Shown in pieces: positions 52,986 to 63,100 of a DNA stretch of 64,000 nucleotides (the stretch's first letter is position 1; every line of letters begins with the position of its first letter). Position numbers and translations under genes: made by a program. Source of the stretch: Geosiphon pyriformis uo1 (lineage: Eukaryota; Fungi; Glomeromycota); assembly GCA_016748015.1 (NCBI GenBank), contig JAAOMT010000183.1:760787-824786 (forward strand). Reading direction: 5' to 3'. A model generated the notes under the pieces. The model searched no databases. It was not told the DNA's origin and saw nothing but the letters and a program-made list of their open reading frames with translations.

Positions 52986-55900
52986 GGCATAATATTTTTA
53001 TCATTATTGCTGAATCATTTAAGTTCCTATTCTATTAAAAAATCTGCAAGCATAATATATTGTTTAGAGTTGTAATTAAAGTTTGAATTATTATTATTAT
53101 TATTGCTATTGTAAACAAAATTGAAACCATTGTTGTTGTTATTATTAGAATTTAAATTATGTTTGAATTTTGATTCCAATTCTGATGTGCACTTATTAAT
53201 TGATTTTTCTTTCTTGGAGATCAAATAGATCATGTGTGATAATAAATTGTAGATAAGATTACAATTGTCACAATATTTGAAGTCATTTGGAATTAAACAA
53301 TATTTACAAAGTTTAGTATTTAATTTTTTTAAACACTGCTTTTGTTCTTTTTTAGTGAGTATTAACTTTTAGTAGTGTTCATAGAATTGTTTTGGATTGC
53401 TTAGGATATTAACAAATATATTTGGATTGGGAATAGGAATGGTTTTGACAGGTTTTGGTGAGTTATTTTTAATTACTAATATTTTACTAGGTAAAACATC
53501 TTTGATTTTGGTACTTGCCATTTGCCAGATTTTGTTTTCATTATTTGAATAATTATTCAAGTATAAAAGTGCTCAATTTCATGTAGTATTAAAATAGGTT
53601 CTTTGACTTATTCAGTCATTTATGAAAATTATGTATTAACATAATATGTTACATGTTTCTTCTCAATCAAGAATGTTATTCCATATTTCTTTGTCAAGTA
53701 GCATTTTTTCATAAGCAAAACATAGTTTATTGTCCCACTTTCCTTGTTATTTAGAATAACTAAAACATTTTTAGTAGCAGGATTTGTAATAGTAGTGGAT
53801 GCATGTTCAATAGTCTTTTTTAGACAAAATCCAAGCTTTCATAAATGAAAGCTTTTTATTGCAATTAATATATTTAAGTAGAATGTATGGCAGTTTTTTC
53901 TTTGTGTTCATGAAATAGGATCAATTTTATCTACTAGTTATTTCTTCAGTGGCTGTAATGACTTCTGTTTTATCTTCTTTCTTTATTATTCCAAAAGAGT
54001 ATTAGCAATAATTTATTGTGTTTGTTTTTAGCTCATAAGACTTGATAGACTTCTTAAGTAGATTTTTTTTTCTCTTTCTCCAACTTAATTAATAGTTGTT
54101 TTCTTGAAAAAGCTTTAAAGTATTTATAAATAACTGGTATTCAAGTTTGTTAACCATCTTAACTAAGCTGTAGCTCTTGTGTAGTTCAGTCAAATATGAT
54201 ATTAGTTTTTAATAACCAGTCATAATTAACAAGAACTTGATACTGTGTGGCTTCTATTATAAGAACTTTGATAAGTGTCATAATGCCATTAACTTTGAAC
54301 AAGAAGTTATTAATTTTATTGATAAAAATCTTGGTGGCTTTATTATTAGTAATAATTCTGGTATTGACAGTATAATTAACTTAGTAACCTAATTGATCCA
54401 TAAGTTATCATGTAATAATACTGCTTGTAAAACTACTATTAAGAATTAATTTAATAAATTGGCCATCAACTTTGGCATCAGTATACATGACAGTAATTGG
54501 TTTAGTATTAAAAGCAGCTTTACTGAATAGAAATGGCTTGTTAATTTTTCTATTTTGAAAGGAAATATGGCTGCAAGTAATTTGTCTTTAATAATAGTTG
54601 CTAATAAAATATTGTTGGTAAGTAGTGTTTTTGGGCTTTTTAAGTTATTAAATAAGTTGGTTTTTAGAATAACTAAAAAATTTAAATAGTTCTGAAAATT
54701 TGGGTTTTGGGTGTACTCATTTCTTAAACTTCACTAACATGATTCTAATAATTAATTTGATAAATTGAAAATTAATTAGTATATTATTATTGCTGATCTC
54801 CAATTCTGTTGCATATAAGTAATTCTTGGCTTTTGGTTGCTAGTTAACATTTGAACTAAGTTTTGGAACAGTATTTAAATTAGTTGTAATTGATAGATAA
54901 TTTATGGCTGTAGTTAATAAATAACTAATACTAGAGTTTAATATATTGGAGGTAAGTATATGAGTTGTTACATTATTGAAATGTAATAAGATTGATATTG
55001 TTCCTGATTTTGGGTTTGATTTGGAGTTTAAAACTGGTGATTGGAGTTTTAATATTGATTTTTTGATCATTGATTATTTAATTTTAAATGACAATTGAAT
55101 TTTAAGTGTCTTTGTTTATTACAATAGTGGCAGATACACATTTTTTACTATTATGATTGATTGGTTAATAAAAATAATAGGTGTAATTGATTTTGAAAAT
55201 GATTGGAGTTTTTTTAATTGTTATAATATTGTGGAAATTAATAGATTGTTTAATTGTTAATTAAATATCTCTAATTTTTTGATTAATGGCTTTGCCAAAT
55301 TGTTTTAATTTGGTATCCAATTTAAATAATTTGTTTATTAATAAGTTTACAGCTTAGGTGTAATTGGCTTTAAGTTCAGCTAATTTAAAATCTTGAATAT
55401 GTGTAACTGTGTTTTGAAAAGTATTTGGGTATATTAGACATACTCATTGTAACAAACTACTGTATAATCCATAAATAAATTGGTTTAAAATCTGTGCTGC
55501 TGTAAAGTAGTTAGCTTAAATTGTCTAAATTTGGCATAGATTTCTATAAAAATGTTCTAAGTAAATAGTAACTGTTTTAGTATTAACTTGTTTAATTGTG
55601 ATAAAACTAGTTAACAATTGATTGATACTGTTGTAATTATTAAAATATTGTAAAAACATGGTTTTAAATGTGTTAAAAGTTTGTGGCTTGTTAATGAAAT
55701 TTTAATACCACAAGTTGGTAGTATTCTATAAAAAATAAGAAATGGCTTGAAAAGCTTTGGCATTGTCTCAATTATTGGCTATAATTGTCTTAACTATGTC
55801 ATTCAATTATGTTTAGGCATTGTTTTTTTTACTGGTAAATTTTTCAAGTTTGACAATAAGTGTATATGCTATTGGTGCTAGTTGTTGTTGTTGCAATTGT

Positions 55901-56807
55901 TGTTAAGATTGTTGTTGAAGCTGTTGTTATAATAAAGCAATTAGTACAATTGGTGAATTAATCATAATTACTAGAGATAAATTTTGCTAAATAATAGAAA
56001 TGGAATTTAAATTGTTCTGATTTTGTAAAGTTTGAACAATCAGAGTTTGTATTTCTGGATTATTTGAAATTGGATTTTAATTATTATTTCTCTGATTGCT
56101 GTTGTCTTTTTTTTCTAATTCAGTATCTTTTTAATAACTAGTAGATTTAAAATTTGGTTGAAGTAACAGTTATCAAAGTTTAATGACATTGTTGGTCGCA
56201 ATTTAAATTCTTTAAAGTAATTGTCATATGTTCCTAATAGTTTGGTTTTCTCTTAATAATTTTGGAATAGTACTCTAAGTAATGATGTTTTTGCAATTGA
56301 TAGTAATATGAATCTGAATAGTATATATATAGTACTTTCTGGTATATGATGGTATGATAAGTAAATAGATAAAATAATTTTAGATTTCTTCCAATTAGGT
56401 AGTTGTATTTTTCTTGATGTTTTTGCTGGAGTTTGTAATTATTTTTTGTCTGTAAAGATAATAGAAAATTTTTATTAAATGTAATTTTCAATTTTTTTGT
56501 TTATTTTTATAATTAATAGTATAAACAAATAGTTTGGTAAAAGTATAGTGCTTTGAAATAATTTACTATAAAAATTGTTGAAAGTGGTTTTTGAATCTTT
56601 TTGGTCTTTCAAATAGGATTTAATTTTTTTTTAACATAGTAATTGAAAGCTAATTTTGCTGGTTAATGATTATTTATCAGTCCAAAATAGATTTGATAAT
56701 ATTGAAATAAATATTTCACAAATTCTAAATAATTTTCTCTTATGATTTCTTGTTTTGTCACTTTTCTGAATAGTTGATATTGGTGCTGGTTCTCTGTTGG
56801 ATTATAT

Positions 56808-56823
56808 CTCACAAGGAGCACCA
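56808..56823 (-). promoter_or_regulatory. Primer-binding site of F
   Basis: TGGTGCTCCTTGTGAG, 2 nt after the LTR end at 56826. Confidence 0.85.
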
Positions 56824-57357
56824 AATATTACAGGTAATTATTTAGGATGTTAGAACAAATAACAAATCTGTAACTTGGTGCTCAATAGTTGAAAATATTG
56901 GTAATTTTGAAGGTTTTGGAGTTTGAAGGTTTTGGTTAAGTTTTTTGTATAATAGACAAAGATTTAATTAATGGTTGCTTCCATGAATTTTTTTTTTCAA
57001 TGTAATAGCCAGTTTATTTTAGCAATTGTGCCTTTCTGATAAGTTATCCTTAAATTTTTACTCTTATTTTCAGGTTTTTTATCAGACTATTTTTGATGTT
57101 AACTATTTAATACTTAATTCTTTTAATCAATTAGCAAATAACAAAGAATGAAACAAAAAAAAAAAAATAAAATAAAAAATAAAATAAGAAATTAATATTC
57201 TGTTAATAGTTATAATCAAGAGTTATTGGTTCAGTATAATTAATTATTGAATTCTATTAATATGGAGTGTTGATAGTAGGTAAGTGATTAATATTCTTAA
57301 TCAAGTAATAATAATATGAATTAGATAATAATTGAATATTTTTATTAATATAAATGT

Positions 57358-57940
57358 TGTTACCGGAGGTTTTTGATCTCTTTTCTTGAATGTTGTTGAT
57401 GTCTGTTTGCTGTGAATTCACGTTTTCTGGATGTAGTTGAACCTCCAGTAACTGAATTTATCTTCAAATTATCTCCTATAATTTGAACTGCTGGGCTTAT
57501 AAGTGGAATGGCCAATTCCTTACCAGTTACTTTATGTAGTTATGTTGTAGTAAACGTCAACTCTTTTCCAGGAATTGCTCGTCTAGAAGCTCACTAAAAT
57601 GTATAGTTACTTTGCTGTGAAAGTCAACTCTTCTACAGGAATCTCGTCTGTAGGCTACCTTAATGATTGTAATAAGAAAAGAAAAGGAAAATAAAAGAAA
57701 TGTAAAAGAAATAGAATTTTTGTCAAGAGAANNNNNNNNNNNNNNNNNNNNCATGATTAATTATCACAATTAGGTTACATTTGTGTTGTGTACAATTTGG
57801 GTTATTAATTAAATGATAATTTCGAACATTCTTTGCTAATGTAATAAGTGATAATTTGAAATGATAATATATGCTAATTAATGATAGGAATTATGAGATA
57901 GTTTCATGCTAAATGATATCTCTAATTTTGTCTGGTAACA
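57358..57940 (-). repeat. 3' LTR of G (contains an assembly gap)
   Basis: TGTTACC...GGTAACA; homologous to 6944-7917. Confidence 0.9.
57732..57751. other. Assembly gap (20 N)
   Basis: Run of N. Confidence 1.
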
Positions 57941-58637
57941 TAACCTCTTCCTCAAGACTGAGCTCCATCGAAGTCCAAGTACTGTCTGTTATTTCCAAAT
58001 AATAATCCAAAATTATTGAAGAAATTTGGTCTGAAAATTGTTGAAATTTCAGTTCTGTGAGCTTTCCAATGTATTGAATCTTCAAAGGTTGAAAAATTGG
58101 GTTTTGTAGTACATTTTCACAGGTGTAGAATAGGTCATAAAGTCTAAGAGCAGCTCTAAGCCTATAGCGACTGTTTGTTGATCCAGCTGTTGTCTTGAAT
58201 TTGTTGTGGGGTTGTTTCTGAATAGCTTCTTTTGTGAGATTTGCTGTTGTAAGTTCCAGTTTCCGTTCATAGAGTGTTTTTCCAATGTGAAAATATCTAT
58301 AGATTGGAGAATATTTAGTGTTTTCCTCATTAAGACACAGTTGAAGTTTTTGTTGACTTGTAGCATTTGGTGGGATACTAATCAGAGTGAGCATTAGGTT
58401 TTCTCTTAAAGCAAGCTTTAAAAGTTCTGGCAGGTGAATTTCAGTATAACTTCTTGTGTTCTTTTTATACAGATGATATTTTCGTGAATTTGGAGCTAAA
58501 TTTGTAACTACTTCTGTTTGGGTATAATTTATGTGGTTTCCAGTAATAGTAATGGATAATTTGGGTATTGTTTTTAAAGCTAACATTAGTTTTTGGGATA
58601 ATTGTTGAATGTTTTGAGGAATAGTCATTATAAGCAC
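57909..58637 (-). CDS. ORF3 of G, open frame of about 240 aa, unknown function (first ATG at about 58628)
   Basis: Uninterrupted ORF between integrase and the 3' LTR, ending inside the LTR; homologous relics in C and D. Confidence 0.8.
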   Translation of the reverse strand: MLIMTIPQNIQQLSQKLMLALKTIPKLSITITGNHINYTQTEVVTNLAPNSRKYHLYKKNTRSYTEIHLPELLKLALRENLMLTLISIPPNATSQQKLQLCLNEENTKYSPIYRYFHIGKTLYERKLELTTANLTKEAIQKQPHNKFKTTAGSTNSRYRLRAALRLYDLFYTCENVLQNPIFQPLKIQYIGKLTELKFQQFSDQISSIILDYYLEITDSTWTSMELSLEEEVMLPDKIRDII

Positions 58638-58743
58638 TTGAAAAAAATAAAAATTTATTTTTGGTTTATGGGTTTTTATGTTATTTTTGTTTTGTTTTTG
58701 TGAGATTGTTCTAAATTATAAGAGAATAACTAGTAAAATTAAA

Positions 58744-60129
58744 TTAAGTGTTCAGGTTGGAAGGTTGTTTAATGACAACTATTGGTTCTAAGTTTCGGGG
58801 AATATCTTTGGGACTGATTAAAGGGGAATGTGTACCAATTTGTGGAATTAATGGTTCAGGATTGTTTCTGGAATAATAGTGTTTCAAACGATCTCCATGT
58901 GCAACTTTTGCTAGGATTTTGTTATCAAGTCTTAGCTTGTATGATCCATTGCTTAGAACTTCATGAATAAAAAATGGTCCATCCCATTTATTTTCAAATT
59001 TTCCACTCCATTGTTTTTCAGCTTTAGTTCTGTGTAAGAAAACTTTGTTTCCAATTTTGAATTTATTGGTGACTGAAGGCAATTTGTCATCATGCCGTTC
59101 TTTTTGTTGAGCTTGGGAGTGTTCAATATGGGTGGCTGCTATTTGTCGTTTTCTTTCCAATGTGCTAAGCAGAGTATAGGCTCTTTGCTGAAGCGTTTCT
59201 TGGAAATTGTTTTCATCAATCGGTTGTGTTGGGTATGTTTCCACTGTGAAACTAATTGGTAATGTTGCCGTCCTTCCATAAGTTAAATCAAATGGTGTGT
59301 GTTTTGTGGTATCTTGTTTTAATGTCCTATATGCTAGTAACACTGATGGAATAAAGAGATCCCATTCTTGCCCAAAATCGGTTAAGACTTTGGCTAATGA
59401 CTCACATAATATTCTGTTAAAACGTTCCACAAGTTTGTTTGTTTGTGGATGGTAGGGCAAAGACAGAGGTTTTTTGACACTGAATCGTTCACAAATTTTT
59501 TGTATCAGGTTGTTCACAAAGTGTGTTCCCTGATCAAATAAAAGTTTAATTGGACATCCATGTCTACAAATGATGTTTTCGTAGATGAAATTTGCTACTG
59601 ATTTTGCATCTGCTTGTTGAATGGCTCTGGCTTTAGGCCATTTAGTAAGATAGTCTACAGCTACTGCAATATAATGGTTTCCTTGAGTGGTAATAGATAG
59701 TGGTCTGACTAAATTGATACCAACTCTGTCAAAAGGCTGTCCAACTTTGATTGGGTTTAAAGGTTTTGTAGGGCGAGTTCCTCCTCTTCTTTGACAACTA
59801 TCACAAGATTTGACATATTCGTGAATGTCTTTTCTCATTCGAGGCCAAAAGTAGTATTCTAGTGTTCTTTGGGTGGTGCTATCTTTTCCGAAGTGTGCTG
59901 ATGAAGGATTAGAGTGCATATTGTATAAAATGGTTTCTTTTTCCTGTTTTTGTATTAATCTGAATGGTTTGGTTGGGTTTTTGAAATTTTGATGATAGAT
60001 AATGTTGTTGTGTAGAAAATATTGTTTGGCTTGTTGTTGTAACCGATGTTTTTTGTCTGGGGACCAATCTGTTGAGATTGTTAATGTCTCCAAATATTGT
60101 TTGAGATTGTTGTAGTTTTTGGGGTTCAT
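58744..60129 (-). CDS. Stand-alone integrase ORF of G (461 aa; first catalytic D mutated to N)
   Basis: Own ATG; HSNPSSAH...CDSC; GINLV, FDQG, VERFN; WDGPF; no chromodomain. Confidence 0.93.
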   Translation of the reverse strand: MNPKNYNNLKQYLETLTISTDWSPDKKHRLQQQAKQYFLHNNIIYHQNFKNPTKPFRLIQKQEKETILYNMHSNPSSAHFGKDSTTQRTLEYYFWPRMRKDIHEYVKSCDSCQRRGGTRPTKPLNPIKVGQPFDRVGINLVRPLSITTQGNHYIAVAVDYLTKWPKARAIQQADAKSVANFIYENIICRHGCPIKLLFDQGTHFVNNLIQKICERFSVKKPLSLPYHPQTNKLVERFNRILCESLAKVLTDFGQEWDLFIPSVLLAYRTLKQDTTKHTPFDLTYGRTATLPISFTVETYPTQPIDENNFQETLQQRAYTLLSTLERKRQIAATHIEHSQAQQKERHDDKLPSVTNKFKIGNKVFLHRTKAEKQWSGKFENKWDGPFFIHEVLSNGSYKLRLDNKILAKVAHGDRLKHYYSRNNPEPLIPQIGTHSPLISPKDIPRNLEPIVVIKQPSNLNT

Positions 60130-60178
60130 TGTTTGTTGTTTTGATGCTGTTAATTCAAATGGGTGTTGGTTTTGTTTT

Positions 60179-63100
60179 CTAATCTTGCCTCATCCTTGAG
60201 AGACAATCAACGTTGGTGTGGAGTTTTCCTAGTTTGTGGTGTACGATGTATTGGTAATTAGCTAAAAATCCTGTCCATTGGGTTTGTTTTGCGTTCAGCT
60301 GGGTGTTTTTGTTTTGAAGCCATTTAAGTTCAATATTATCAGTGATAATATCGAATTTTTTGGGTCTGAGGTAAAGGTTGAAGTGATGTAGGGCCCAGAT
60401 TACTGCTGCAGTTTCTAATTCTGTTGTGGGGTAGTTCTTTTTGGCTGGCTTTAATGTTCTACTAGCATAAGCAATTACTCACTCATTTCCATTGTCATCT
60501 AACTGTGATAGGATGGCACCAAAGGCAGTATAAGAGGCGTCAATTGCTAACTGGAATTGGTTGCTGAAATCTGGGTAGGTGAGGATTGGAGCTGTTGTGA
60601 GTTTTTCCTTAAGTATCTCGAAGACATTTTGGTGTTCTTCTGTCTATTTGTATTCAACATTTTTAGTAGTGAGCTGGTTGAGAGGTTTTGCAATTTCTGA
60701 GAATCCTTTGATGAATTTTTGGTAATAAAATACTAATCCAATAAATCCTCTTAATTCTGTGGTATTTTGTGGAGTCTTGAAGTTCTTGACAGTACTGATT
60801 TTTTCGGGGTCTGGTTTAATTTTATCTTTGCTAACAATGTGACCAAGAAAAGCTAAACTTGTTTTTCCAAAGTAGCATTTTTTAATGTTCAGTTTCAATC
60901 CTGCTTTCCATAATCGTTGAAAAACTTCTCACAGGTGGATTAAATGTAGCTTGAAAGATGGTGAATAAACATCAGTGTCATCGAGATAAACTACTACTGA
61001 TTTCCAAAGGAGGCCTTTATAAACAACATCCATGAGTCTTTGGAATGTTGCTGGTGCATTGCATAATCCAAAAGGCATTATATTGAACTCGTAATTTCCT
61101 CCTTGAGTGGTGAATGCTGTTTTGGGGCAGTCTTTGGGATCCATAGCAACTTGCCAGTATTCACTCTCTAAATCTAATGTTGAAAAGTATTTGGACTTTC
61201 CAAGGACATCCAACATTTCATCAATTTGGAGAAAAGAGTAGGCATCCCCAATGGTGACACTGTTGAGTTGTCGGTAATCAACACAAAATCATATCTTTCC
61301 ATTTTTTTTTTTAACTAGGACCACAGGTGAGGCCCATAGGTTCATTGATGGTTGAATAAGCCTATTGTTAAGCATTCATTGTACTTCTTCTCGGATAAAT
61401 TGGTGACTTTCTGGGGCAACTCGGTAGGCTTGTTGTCGCCTTGGTTTGGCATCTCCTGTATAGATTTGGTGTTGAACCAAATCAGTTCTTCCTAAGTCAT
61501 TGTTGTTTTCGGCAAAGATGTCAGCAAATTCTGCAATTAGCTCTTTGAGCTGGGTCTGTTGTTGTGGTTCAAGTTGTCCCATGTTGATTCAAGATAGTTT
61601 TTCCATGACAACATAGTAGTTTTTGGAGCTGGGGTTTGAGTTGGTTTTTGGTATTGAATGTCCAATAATTTCAGTGAAATCGGGAACTATTTGGGGTAAT
61701 TCTTGTTGAAATATATTACTGTGAATAACTCCAATTTCTAAATTATTTAATAAAATTATAAGGTAATTATTGGGGTTGTAAAAAGTAACTCAGACTTTCT
61801 TTGTTCCTTCTGAAATATAAATGTTTGGGATCAAAATATTATGTTCCAAGCAGACTTGTTCATTGGACTCAAAAATTTGTTGTGTGGTTGTTGACTTTGG
61901 GCAGGTGTAGATTTCCGGATGTTCTTCAAAGGGTGAGATAGTAATTGGTTGTGAAAGTTTGAGAATCTGATGGGATTTGTTCTGTATGTTAAGAGCTATA
62001 TTAACTGGAACTATGAATTGTCCAGTTGAACCAAAACCTTGGGTTTTTTTATCACTTTTTCCTAATTGTTTTCTTTGATTGACTAGTTGCAAACCCGAAA
62101 TGTTGATTAAGAGTAGGTAAATAGCTTGGGCAATTTTTTCAGCATGTTTGATCTTGAATGGTTTGTCAGTTTCATTTTGAAGCATCACTGTTATGTCTCC
62201 AGTATATCCAGCATCGATTATTCCTCCTCTGACATTGATTTTTTTGCTTGCCAGAGAGGACTGGGAGGCGATTTGAACCATTGCTCCTGGCGAGATTTCG
62301 AGTACAATTTTGAAGTTGATTTTTGTGAGAGATTTGGGTTTGAGAACAAGAGTATCCTTGCCTGGATATCTTAGGTCATATCCAGCATCAATTTCGTGTG
62401 CTTTTTCAGGTTTTATTCCTTGTCCGTTGTTGTTGAAGTATTTAAGTTGTAAGGCAGGCTGATTTTTGATAAGGTAGATGGGTGTTGTTTCAATTTCTTC
62501 TGTTTCTTCAGGTTCTCCGAATTCAATTTCATTCTCATCATTTTCGCTGGGCAAGGGGATACTAAAAGCATAGCATTCAAAACACCATTGTTCATCACAA
62601 GGCATAATGCATTCTTTACATAGCCTAATGTTCATTTGCTCTAATCGTTGAATTTGAGCTTCTTGGGTCGAGTAGGTGTAACTTGCAATTTGGTAGTAGA
62701 CTTTTATTTCATCTTCGTAATTGAATTCAGCTAATTCCATAGTGTATTCAATGTATTCTGCTTCCTTTATTTGATGAACATCTCCTTTGGTAGCTCCATT
62801 AATTAATGCCATTGCTAAGTCAAAAATCATCTCGGCATCATGAGAGTAGTGATAAAGTTTGTTAAAAGCACTATTGTATGCTGCATTAAAGGGTGTTCCT
62901 TTTTTTACTTTTTCTGAAATTAATAAAGCATATTGGCAGGTCTGATTGCAGACACCTCCTCTCATTGCTATATTAATCCAATTGCATTTTTCTGGTAGCA
63001 TCTCTCCATAAGTCAAACAAGGGGTGTTGTCCCATTTTCCACTTCTTTTTATTAGATGGCCTCATCGCTCTCTGGCAAGCCTTGCAGTAATAACAAGTAT

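Larger units (their letters stand above)
47905..57357 (-). mobile_element. Gypsy element F, near full-length, decayed, dUTPase-bearing; 5' LTR interrupted by G
   Basis: 3' LTR 47905-48822 matches 56826-57357. PPT 48823-48840, integrase relic to 50736, RT fragment (ORF 51271..51510), dUTPase relic, protease relic at about 54412-54450, gag 55300-55870, PBS 56808-56823. Confidence 0.88.

Noticed and set aside
57909-58637. ORF3 as an env gene
   Set aside because: No signal peptide, transmembrane segment or fusion-protein features are visible, and it is too short.
58744-60129. Stand-alone integrase as a Ginger/GIN-type DNA transposon
   Set aside because: No TIRs are present, and it sits at the normal Gypsy position between RNase H and the PPT/LTR in every copy.
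61790-63016. dUTPase as a host or bacterial dut gene
   Set aside because: It is embedded in the PR-RT polyprotein frame and recurs at the same position in C and F.
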